DNA from: a virus
Taxonomy: Duplodnaviria; Caudoviricetes
Reading direction: 5' to 3' (one strand)
DNA length: 64,000 bases
IMG/VR virus record: IMGVR_UViG_3300042268_000564
A program made the translations under genes and the position numbers. The notes under the pieces are model-generated. The model worked only from the letters and a program-made list of their open reading frames with translations. It had not been told where the DNA came from and made no database searches. Positions 53,029 through 62,447 of the stretch are shown here, piece by piece (position 1 is the first letter of the stretch; each line of letters opens with the position of its first letter).

Positions 53029-54696
53029 ATGCCTTTTGACAAGAACACGAAATTTTTTTCCAGCCCCATAATTTATCAGGGTCGTGGCGTTTACATCAAT
53101 GGTGGTAAGACTTATAAGCCTATTGCCATTGATGTCCGTCATTTTATTCAAGTCAACGACTTCTTCTTGGACAGGATTGTTAAAGAAGAAGGTATCTGGG
53201 ATTTGCCTGACAATGATAGCATTGCTCTGGCATGTTTGCGCTTTGTAAGGAAACATATCAAATATACCCCAGACAAAGAGCAAATGGGGGTAGACGAATT
53301 CTGGACATTCCCTAATGAGACTCTTGCTTTAGGAAAAGGCGACTGCTTTGCTGGTTATGAAGAGATTTACACTCAAAATGGAATAAAAAGAATTGACGAA
53401 TTGAAAGTTGGCGATATCGTCCTGTCTTACGATTTTGAAAAGAAAGAATATGTTTACAAGCCAATTGTTGCGGCATGGGAAAAAGATGAGCTGGAAATAA
53501 ATCGAGTTTATTTTAGGAATGGACAATGGATGGACGTTTCTGAAAACCATCCTATGTGGTGCAGGTATAGTCAAAAACATTCTAATTATGAAAAAAGATA
53601 TTTGTCCTCTATCGACTTAACAAGATGGTGGAAAAGAAAAGTTCCAATAGCAAAAAAAATTCCTTATCAAATCAAAGACATGAAATGGCTGACAGACGAC
53701 TTGTGCGTAGTGTTGGGACATTTTCTTGCTGAAGGATGGATTAGACCTAGAGTTAATGTTCCTCATGAGGCATGGACAAGTGGTAGCGAAACAAATACTC
53801 ACATAATTCCTATTTTAGAAAAATATGACATGCCATACAAAACTAGAATCAATGGGTCAGGCGTTACATGTCTAAGATTTTTGGAAGAAAATTTTGCAAG
53901 TTTTCTTTGCAAGCAATTAACAAATAGTTTTGATATCCATTTGGAGGAAAAAATATTTCATCTTCCTGAATCAAAATTAGACAAAATCCTTTATGGATAT
54001 TGGCTTGGCGATGGCACCAAAAATTTAGGGAAAGGGGACAAAAGGGGATTTAAGCAAAGTCGGGAGGCTGTTTATTCAACCTCCTCAAAACAATTTGCCG
54101 CTGATATCCAACGTATCGGATTGCAAATAGGCAAAACCTTCCATATTCAATTCCAGAAAAATCATGGGGGCGCAGGTAAAAAGCCAATTTATAGAATTAC
54201 TTATAATCCTGTTAGCTTCTTTTTGCAAGAACATGGATATAAGGATGTTTCTGAGGTTAGTATAAAAAAGATAGAGCGTTTGGAAAAAACAAAGATGTAT
54301 GACATAACTGTAGCAGATACTCATACGGTTATAATGAAAAATGGGATTATAACTCATCAATGCGACGACGGGTCCATCCTCCTTGCTTCTCTTATGAGAA
54401 ACGCTGGGATTCCTGCATCTAAAATCCGTGTTTGTGCTGGATGGGTAGATGCGGGTAAAAATGCACCACTTGGTGGACACGCTTACACTATCTATAAAGC
54501 TTCTGATGGTGAATTTCGTGTACTCGATTGGTGTTACCTTCCTAATGATTTGCCAGTCTTGCAAAGATTGCCGTATTATCAAGAACCTCGTTATAAAGAT
54601 ATTTGGTTTACTTTTAATGATAAAGGGTCTTGGTCTAAGAATCGAATCCCAACTACAATTTTTAAATCATGTCGAAAGACGAGTTTGCAGACATGA
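53029..54696 (+). CDS. transglutaminase-like cysteine protease interrupted by an intein
   Basis: exteins FPNETLALGKGD|CDDGSILLASL...GHAY...LDW (C-H-D triad). Confidence 0.88.
   Translation: MPFDKNTKFFSSPIIYQGRGVYINGGKTYKPIAIDVRHFIQVNDFFLDRIVKEEGIWDLPDNDSIALACLRFVRKHIKYTPDKEQMGVDEFWTFPNETLALGKGDCFAGYEEIYTQNGIKRIDELKVGDIVLSYDFEKKEYVYKPIVAAWEKDELEINRVYFRNGQWMDVSENHPMWCRYSQKHSNYEKRYLSSIDLTRWWKRKVPIAKKIPYQIKDMKWLTDDLCVVLGHFLAEGWIRPRVNVPHEAWTSGSETNTHIIPILEKYDMPYKTRINGSGVTCLRFLEENFASFLCKQLTNSFDIHLEEKIFHLPESKLDKILYGYWLGDGTKNLGKGDKRGFKQSREAVYSTSSKQFAADIQRIGLQIGKTFHIQFQKNHGGAGKKPIYRITYNPVSFFLQEHGYKDVSEVSIKKIERLEKTKMYDITVADTHTVIMKNGIITHQCDDGSILLASLMRNAGIPASKIRVCAGWVDAGKNAPLGGHAYTIYKASDGEFRVLDWCYLPNDLPVLQRLPYYQEPRYKDIWFTFNDKGSWSKNRIPTTIFKSCRKTSLQT
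53344..54360 (+). mobile_element. intein (339 aa) with LAGLIDADG homing endonuclease, C-terminal Gln
   Basis: starts CFAGYEEIYT; SENHP block B; LGHFLAEG and LYGYWLGDG; ends MYDITV...IITHQ followed by Cys. Confidence 0.92.
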
Positions 54697-55451
54697 GAGT
54701 GTTGATTGTAGACGGGAACAATATCGGTGCAATCGCATGGTATGGTTGCTGCAAAAAAGGTCGAAAGCCTAACGCTGCACAAATTGTAGCAAGGTTCAAG
54801 CAGCATCTTGGCAAATTTCGCACAGATTATTTAGCTGACACTGTTTATGTATGTTGGGATGGCAGTGTTGACGATGAACGCCGTCAACTTCTTCCTACTT
54901 ACAAAATGCGTGAAGACAAGCCTGATGGCTATTACGAATTAATGGCTCAGGTAAGAAAACTTGTTGAAAACACAGACTTATACATTTCTGTGTATTCGCC
55001 TGATAAAGAGGCTGATGATTTTATTGGGTTAATTGCAAGATATTTTGACAGTCCGAGAAATACGGTTATAATAGTATCCAGCGACAAAGATATGTTTCAA
55101 CTGATTACAGACAATGTGGTTGTGGTAAGACCGAATGAGCCGCCAGAAAAACGGCTGCTTGACAAGACTGTGTTCAAGCAAAAGTTTGGGTTTGACCCTA
55201 GCTTATTTGTAGATTATTACTGTATGGTTGGTGATTCAAGTGATAAGATACCCGGTGCCAAGGGTATCGGCAAGAAAACAGCGGCAGAGTTGGTGCAGAA
55301 ATTTGGAAAAATAGAAAACATATATGCATCTCTGGACAAAGTTGGCGATAAGACAAAGCAGAAGCTTATTGAATCTAAAGCAGATGTTGATGTAGCCAAA
55401 AAGATTATGACTTTAAAAGAAATTCCCATGTTGGATTGGATGGTATTTTGA
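54693..55451 (+). CDS. 5'-3' exonuclease / flap endonuclease (Pol I N-terminal-like)
   Basis: IVDGNN, YK..R, EADD, SSDKD, GDSSDKIPGAKGIGKKTA. Confidence 0.93.
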   Translation: MRVLIVDGNNIGAIAWYGCCKKGRKPNAAQIVARFKQHLGKFRTDYLADTVYVCWDGSVDDERRQLLPTYKMREDKPDGYYELMAQVRKLVENTDLYISVYSPDKEADDFIGLIARYFDSPRNTVIIVSSDKDMFQLITDNVVVVRPNEPPEKRLLDKTVFKQKFGFDPSLFVDYYCMVGDSSDKIPGAKGIGKKTAAELVQKFGKIENIYASLDKVGDKTKQKLIESKADVDVAKKIMTLKEIPMLDWMVF

Positions 55452-55900
55452 TGGAGCGAAGTTTGGGTGCTGGCAAGCCCGTAAAGAAGGTAAGACGACA
55501 GCGCAGGACACGAGTTTTTTTTGAAGAGGCTAATGAAAGGTTAAAGGCTTTTGTTAATAAAGAAGCAAAAATCAGGGATAATGACATCATCATGATTCGA
55601 GAATTAGCAAATTTGTTCAATCGTAGCGTGCAAACAATACGGGAATGGGCTAAATCTGGCAAGATTCCATTCCACAAAACAACAGCAGGACGCTACTATT
55701 TCTTACGCTCCGATTTTGCAGAGTTTGACGGAATCAAATTTGACGCTTACACGCCTAGGCAAGTGGCAGAAAAATTAAATAAGACGATAGATACTGTATT
55801 AAGATGGATTAATGAAGGCTTGTTGCCTGCGAATAAGATAGGTGGACGTTGGCAAGTGACAGAGGAAGATTTACAAATGTTCCTTGATGGGGGAATGTAA
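55451..55900 (+). CDS. tandem excisionase-type HTH DNA-binding protein
   Basis: ELANLF..SVQTIREW...GKIP and QVAEKL..TIDTVLRWI..G.LPA.KIGGRW. Confidence 0.8.
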   Translation: MERSLGAGKPVKKVRRQRRTRVFFEEANERLKAFVNKEAKIRDNDIIMIRELANLFNRSVQTIREWAKSGKIPFHKTTAGRYYFLRSDFAEFDGIKFDAYTPRQVAEKLNKTIDTVLRWINEGLLPANKIGGRWQVTEEDLQMFLDGGM

Positions 55901-57518
55901 TGAGAGATGTAGTTGTTGTTAGACCTTTGTCAGGAGTCTTTGTTGTAAAGTGCCCGTTATGTAATACAGAAAAAGCCGTTGACAAGACTGGGAATCTCGC
56001 AGCTTCAGCCAAAGAGTTTTGTGACGGCTGTGGGGCTTTGTATAATTTCCAGCTATTGGCGATACAGCCATTGAATAAATCATTAGACACTGACACCTAT
56101 CAAGACGACGACATAACAATGATGATGGCGAAGGAAAATGATTCGCCATTTGAAGCTTATGACGATTCAAAAGATATGGCACAGGTTGTGGGAACACAAA
56201 AATTAACAGTTGAAAAACATGCCTTTTATATGGGCGAAGTAATATGCCCTTTTTGTAATGAAGGTTGTGTGGTGACTTATAATGCACCAGAGCCACATTT
56301 GGCTCAATGGTGTCCTGTTGAAACATGCAAGGCTGAACTTGTGGTAACAATATGGGTAACGCAAAGTGTTGGCGGTGACCTGACTGATTGGTATAAACCG
56401 AACGAAAATAATGCCGAGGAGAAAGAATAATGTCTACATGGATTTTTACGAATGAACATGATGAGCTTTTAACTGTGCCTTACCTTATCAATGGCGAAAG
56501 AATGAAACGGTTTGTGGGTGTGAAAAGCAATACTACATATTTCATGGGCAAATTAACATTGTCGCCAAAAACAAAGAATGAAATAAGAAACGAAATGCTT
56601 GCCCCCTATAAGAATGTTGATGCCAAAAGACTTCCTGAACTTGAAGACAGGGTTGACATGCTATTGAATACTATAAATTTAAGTGAATTCGGCGATGCAG
56701 CTAAAGCTGAAGTTGGTGCCACACAAATTGCAGGGATTAAGGTGTTGCCAGTTTTTGCTTATAAATCTGTAGGCTTTGATTTCTGGAAACAAAAGTTGCC
56801 AAAAACTACCGCTGCAAAGTTAAAAAAGGTTAAGCCTGTTGTTGATGATAAAGATGGTGAAAGGGTTAAGACTGTTAAGCCGACGACAAAAAAGCCAGCA
56901 GTAACGCCATCAAAAGCAGCACCGGAAAAGAAACAGCCTACTGTTGCTGACAAAACTACGCCAGCCTCAAATAGGGCGGCTATGGCGGCTAAAATGGCAG
57001 CGTCAAAAGAATTGTCTGAAAAAACAAGAGCAATCATAATGAAATAATCTGTAACAATCAAGAGAAGAGGGGCTTTTGTCCCTCTTTTTTTTATTCCCGA
57101 AAGTATTAAGAAAGGACTAATAATTAGTAACGCATTCATTAGGAGTTGAGAGGAAATGGCTAATTTAACAGGTGCTTTGGTAGCAGTTAAAGTAGACGCT
57201 GAAACAGTGATTGTCATGCAGTCAAAGCATGGTGGCAACATTTTTAATATGGGGCGTGCTCTTCTTTATAAATATACAGACGCCGAAAAAGCCATTGAGC
57301 TTGTACAACATGGACAAATCTTTTTTTTAAAAATGAATGGCATTGAAGCAGCAAAATTTCATGTTGACCCCATAACCATAAATAATGAAGACCAGCTTTT
57401 AAGACTGTCTAAAGGAATGGGTTATGCCAATATTTATATTTATGACAAAGAATGGCTATACTATGTAAGAGGGACTGAGAAGTTTATGCCTCTTGTAGAA
57501 TTGCTGCCCAAAAATTAA
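55900..57518 (+). CDS. hypothetical ORFs (55900-56430 double zinc ribbon, 56430-57047 with K/A/P tail, 57156-57518)
   Basis: CPLC/CDGC/CPFC motifs; TAATG coupling; terminator ~57065-57092. Confidence 0.6.
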
Positions 57519-57519
57519 A

Positions 57520-58401
57520 TTAATGGGTGGTATAATCCTCTTCTGACTGTGCAGAATGGCTTAATGCAACTTTGATTGTTGTCTTTTTAAAGTCTTCCAA
57601 TAACTCGCTATGAGCTTGTTTAGAGATTTTTGTTCTTTTATAAAGTTTTGAAACATAATTATAATCTTGCATTATGTCCTTTTTTTCATTTACAAGATGC
57701 TTCGCAATTCCATAACAGTCAGAACTGTCATCTACTTTGATATTAAGTGTTACGGTCTCAAAGCAACCAGTAATAAAATCAATGAACGTATTTCTACTGA
57801 ATATATTATCGATATTATCTGAATCATCGCTCTGCAAATAACCGCCAAGCATGGAGCCTAATTTGCAAGACATCCTTAAAAGGGATTCTGCCGCAAGCTG
57901 ATGTGTTTCTGCAAGAACCTTTGCATCTACTTTAGATTTGAATGTTTTTTTTGCTTTTTCAGGGTGTTTTGACAAGCCGTTTACAAACTGTTGAAATAAC
58001 TTAGTCAAGTCTGATGTTGTTTCTACAACCTCAGTTACAAATTTTTTATCATCAAGCAAAATAGTAAGAAGATTTATCTGGCGAGGGATAGATATTTTAT
58101 ACTCGCTCATTTTTTGAGCCATCCCCGTTAATATTAAACTTCCTATTTGAATAATGTCACCTTTTGCGAACATGTGATGCATAGCTTGGTTCAATTTTTG
58201 TTCGAGAATAAAATTACACATAGCTCGGCTGAGAGTTACTGCGTCTTTTTTATTCTCGATAGAAAAGATTTTCTGATAAAAAGAACCTACTGATTGAATG
58301 ATTTCTTTTTTTGGTTTTTCAACCATTACCATTCCGACTGTTGAGTTAAAGATTTCCTTGAGTTCTTGTATTTTTTCTATTAATGACTTCATAGTTTCCA
58401 T
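57520..58401 (-). CDS. hypothetical helical protein (leaderless)
   Basis: TTGACA-N16-CATAAT at 58408-58435, 6 nt before ATG. Confidence 0.65.
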   Translation of the reverse strand: METMKSLIEKIQELKEIFNSTVGMVMVEKPKKEIIQSVGSFYQKIFSIENKKDAVTLSRAMCNFILEQKLNQAMHHMFAKGDIIQIGSLILTGMAQKMSEYKISIPRQINLLTILLDDKKFVTEVVETTSDLTKLFQQFVNGLSKHPEKAKKTFKSKVDAKVLAETHQLAAESLLRMSCKLGSMLGGYLQSDDSDNIDNIFSRNTFIDFITGCFETVTLNIKVDDSSDCYGIAKHLVNEKKDIMQDYNYVSKLYKRTKISKQAHSELLEDFKKTTIKVALSHSAQSEEDYTTH

Positions 58402-58465
58402 GTATTTATTATGGCGTTGACTTGATGATTGTCAAGTTACTTTTTATTATACTTTTTGCAGTGAA

Positions 58466-59584
58466 CTACCCTTGCCTAAAGGCAATGGCTTCCTGAATGT
58501 TTAGTTCAGTTCGTCCTGTTTCCAGAACGGCTTGTCCCAAGCAATAAATGTTTTTAGCGGCATTTACATCTCTATCTGTTTTGTTTCCGCACTCACAATC
58601 CATTGTTCTGTCCCAAAGTGGTTTATTATGTATTTTACCACACTGGTTACAGGTCTTGGACGTGTTTCTTGGGTCTACTTCTATAACCCTATTGGTTTTA
58701 TATTTCAGATAGTTGATGAATGTTGCTATTTGGGAATTTCTCAGTTCCCTATTTATTCCAGTTTTGTTGCTTTCTGACATCTCTTTCAGTGCTAAATTCT
58801 CTACTACGATTGTATCATATTTACTGGATAGGTCTTTACTGACCTTGTGCAAGAAGTCTTTTACTTTGCGCTCCTTAACACCATACAACCTTTTTATTGT
58901 AATTGAAAGAAACTTGAACCTACGACTACCTTTCTTTGTGTTTTTGTCCCTCCTTGATTTTAGTTTATTTATCTGTTTATCAAGATATTTTGCGTGTGGT
59001 TGATTCTTGATTATCGTTCCATCAGATAGAGTTGCTATATTTGTTATTCCAACGTCAACACCTATCATACCACTGCTCTGTTTGGATTTTACATAATCAG
59101 TTGCTACTATCAAATACCACTTATCATTTTTTGTTGTTACCATAACTTGCTTTATGTTGCCTTGTATATTTCTATGATTTTTGAAACCAATCTTACCATA
59201 CACTTTTGTTATAAACTTATTGCGTTCAATACTAAATCCTTTCTGTGGATACAAAATACCAAAGAAATTTTTACAACTTCTAAACTTTGGAAAACCTTGT
59301 CCGTCTTTGTAATGTTTGAAAAATGCCTTATATGTATTTTCAAGACGTAGCGTTACCTGTTGCAATACTTGACTATGTATTTCTTTTATTAGTTCATCTT
59401 GGTTTCGTAATTGTGTCAATTCTGCCTGTTGCTGTTTACGATAGATATTTGTTTTGTCTTTCTTATACGTCTCTATCCTCTGATTAAGAAAATAGTTATA
59501 CAACCAGTTTAATTTATTGGCGTGTTTCCATAACTTAATTTGCTGTTCTTTGTTTGGATACAACCTAAATTTGTATGCTATCAT
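58466..59584 (-). CDS. tnpB: TnpB RNA-guided endonuclease; right end at 58461
   Basis: AYKFRLYP, GVDVG, VVENL, CNQCG/CECG, DRDVNAA; right end GAAGCCATTGCCTTTAGGCAAGGGTAGTTCAC. Confidence 0.93.
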   Translation of the reverse strand: MIAYKFRLYPNKEQQIKLWKHANKLNWLYNYFLNQRIETYKKDKTNIYRKQQQAELTQLRNQDELIKEIHSQVLQQVTLRLENTYKAFFKHYKDGQGFPKFRSCKNFFGILYPQKGFSIERNKFITKVYGKIGFKNHRNIQGNIKQVMVTTKNDKWYLIVATDYVKSKQSSGMIGVDVGITNIATLSDGTIIKNQPHAKYLDKQINKLKSRRDKNTKKGSRRFKFLSITIKRLYGVKERKVKDFLHKVSKDLSSKYDTIVVENLALKEMSESNKTGINRELRNSQIATFINYLKYKTNRVIEVDPRNTSKTCNQCGKIHNKPLWDRTMDCECGNKTDRDVNAAKNIYCLGQAVLETGRTELNIQEAIAFRQG

Positions 59585-59678
59585 TTCTGCGCCGTTCTTT
59601 GATTTTCTACGTAATCTTTAAAGTATTATAGCTATTGAGCATATCGCTCAAAAAAAGTTATGAGGAGATAATAAATTT

Positions 59679-60392
59679 ATGAGAAAACTTTTTATCACAA
59701 TTCTTTTGGTAATGGTAGCTGTTACTTGTCAGGCAATGACCTTTGATGTTGGAACTGGATATTTCAGCCAGTATGTATTCAGAGGGCAAAGATTGATTGA
59801 TTCGCCTGTTCTTATGCCATCTGTTTGTTTGAATGGTGAGCATATTGAACTCAGAGCAACCAACATTTATGACATGGACAAAAAAGATTACTACAAGAAT
59901 GAATTTCAGGTCACTTTCAAGACTGAAATTGAAAAAGTTGGTGTTGATGTTGGTTTCCTTCGCCATGACCTTGCTAATGCTGGAATTGATACCAATGAAT
60001 TTTTTGTAAAAGCAGCTTGGAATAGAGAATGGCGTCCAACTTTCGCAGTTTATTTTGACGTTGAAAAAGGTAGCGGTCAGTACCTTCAGGCAGGACTTGA
60101 AAGACAGTTTAAAGCTGACAAAAATACTGTAGCTTTTGGTGGTCGCTTCAGTTATATCCTTGATAATGGGTATATGGGACTTGATGCTGCTGGCAAAGAA
60201 TTTTCAGGAGCTTACAATGGCGAGCTTTACCTTACCTCTAAATTCAATATTGGCAAGCACATCGTCGCTGAACCTATGATTGGCTACACTTTCCCGCTTT
60301 CCAACGAAGCTGAAGGTGCTATCAAGAGATTAAGTGTAAAGAACAAGGAAAACACTCTTTACGGTGGGATTACACTCACAACAAGCTGGTAA
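59679..60392 (+). CDS. outer-membrane beta-barrel protein (TorF/TIGR02001-like)
   Basis: signal peptide, SQYVFRG, alternating amphipathic strands, C-terminal Trp; GAGGAG RBS; terminator 60406-60433. Confidence 0.7.
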   Translation: MRKLFITILLVMVAVTCQAMTFDVGTGYFSQYVFRGQRLIDSPVLMPSVCLNGEHIELRATNIYDMDKKDYYKNEFQVTFKTEIEKVGVDVGFLRHDLANAGIDTNEFFVKAAWNREWRPTFAVYFDVEKGSGQYLQAGLERQFKADKNTVAFGGRFSYILDNGYMGLDAAGKEFSGAYNGELYLTSKFNIGKHIVAEPMIGYTFPLSNEAEGAIKRLSVKNKENTLYGGITLTTSW

Positions 60393-60432
60393 AATAGCTT
60401 AAACCAAAAGGAGGCTTTTAAGCCTCCTTTTT

Positions 60433-62267
60433 TTATTCTCTGCAAATCTCTAATCCAAGACATAATCCATTTATCTGTAATACATCGCACGTCTTTGATA
60501 AATTGTGATAATCCAGTTTTTCCACCTCTTGATAAGAATGAACAAATACTGATTCAATCTTTTTATCGTCTTTAACAGCCTCATTAATGGACGATGCCCA
60601 CACCAACGGATGCGCCGAAATAAGCAGTCCGAATTTTTTGGCATCTATCATTCTATTTCCCATTTCTGAATATATGCCTTCATGCCGAATTGTAGCAACC
60701 ACATAATAATAGCTCATATCAATTCTCCTTCATTTATATAATATTCTTTTGACTTGCTTGACATTTATTTGTATTTCGTTATAATAAAGATATAAATAAA
60801 TAGGAGGTTCGGTATGAATAAGCAGGAATGGCAAGAATGGCAAGCAAAAGCAATTGCTGGCACTGTTCAAGATAAGGATAATCCTGTATTTCTTTTCTGC
60901 ATGACCGAGACTCAAATGTTGGTGGACATTGTTAATGGCAAGATTAATCCTGTGGAACTTGCCAAGCGAGAGCTTGAGAGTCGCAGGTTCGATATAAAAT
61001 CAGGGAGGTTCGTATGATAGAAAAAGCTTGGCTTTCAAAAAATGATGGAACGCTCCAGCCTATTTGGGTTGAAACTACCAAAGATGGCAAGCAGGTATTG
61101 CACGAAACAAAACCATGCAACGGCACCAAATAGACCTCAATAAAACTCAAATTATAGCCCTGCAAGATGCAATTGAGGCTTTGTTGGATTTTGGGACTTA
61201 TGCCGACCCTGAAACTTTGGCATATGAACATGGGATTTCTTACGCTAAAGCTCGCAATGTGTTTAATGCAATACACAATAGTGACTTTGAGAATGTTTAT
61301 GCTCAACTCAGTATGGCAAGCAAGTCGTTTGGATTTGCTAAAACAAAACAATACAGCATGACATGTTCATTCGAGATTATATCTGGAATGGATTATGTGA
61401 TGGAAGCATTACATAATTACATTGAGGACGATATTAATCTGCACATGGACATGTTTGAAGAAATGTTTGGCTCGAAAAATGCGAAGAAAATAGTGGGTGA
61501 GCTTGAAGAATTAATGACAAAACTTCTCGAAGCGGCTGCGATTATGAAAGAGCCAGAAAGAGAGATTACCGAGCAGGACATTGTTACAATTGAAATGCTT
61601 TGAATTGTGTGGTAATTTTACCGCATAGTTGTGGTATTTTAGCTACACGTGTGGTATTTTTACCACAGTCAGTTCTAAAAAAAGAGAGAGTGATACACTC
61701 TCTCTTTAATCGTTGGTTGAGTTTAGGTTAAGTTGTACCGTGTTGTAAAAAGCTTTCTAGTGTTGTGTTGATTTTATGTGCTTCATCGGCAAATTCTTTA
61801 AAAATATTAATGATACATTTAGCCATTTCTTGTGGCATCTTCCTGATTTCACCCATAGCGATAGCGTAAGCAGTTTGCATCTGTTCGTTAGTATTTGACG
61901 GTTTGGTCTCATCAAGGGCGTTCATGATTTCAGTGCTGTTCTGATGTTTTTTCAGCTTGATATTAAGTGTTTTCAAAACTGGAATTGCATCAGGGCTAAA
62001 CAATAATCTGTTTTTAACAATATAGATGAGTTTCTTTTCCAAAAGTTTATTCTTGATTTTACTCACGAGATGATAGAGCCGAAAACGGTTGATGCCAAGC
62101 TCTTTGACCACGGTGCCAGTCTTGCACAGGTCATTGTGAGCTGGCATATTAATCTCTTGAGCAGGCACTTTGGTTGCTGCGCTGGCGTTTACTTTAACAA
62201 CTGTCTTGTTGCTGTGCTTCTTACGTTTTGCGTTCCCTCTTTTTTTGTTTTTAGAACGATTGACCAT
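60433..62267. CDS. hypothetical ORFs (60433-60717 -, 60814-61017 +, 61115-61603 +, 61728-62267 -)
   Basis: RBS present for most; N16 promoter 60758-60785 before 60814. Confidence 0.55.
61608..61667. repeat. three tandem 18-bp imperfect palindromes TGTGGTAWTTTWRCYRCA
   Basis: copies at 61608-61625, 61630-61647, 61650-61667; third is identical to 636-653. Confidence 0.8.
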
Positions 62268-62447
62268 AAAAATCCTCCCATAAATTTATATTTGTTAAAG
62301 TCAACGTAAACATTTTTTAGGTGGATGTCAAATAAAAAATAAAAATAGAGGTGTGATATCACACCTCTATTAAAAACATCTTATTTGTTTCTGTTGGCGA
62401 GAAGCTTGTTTATGTTGTCTTAACTTTGCTTTGCTTGAACGATTAAA

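Noticed and set aside
51708-59584. Cas12f-type CRISPR effectors
   Set aside because: Both have IS200/IS605-type right ends and no adjacent array, so they are ordinary TnpB
61608-61667. mini CRISPR array
   Set aside because: Repeats are separated by only 2-4 nt, so there are no spacers, and no cas operon is present
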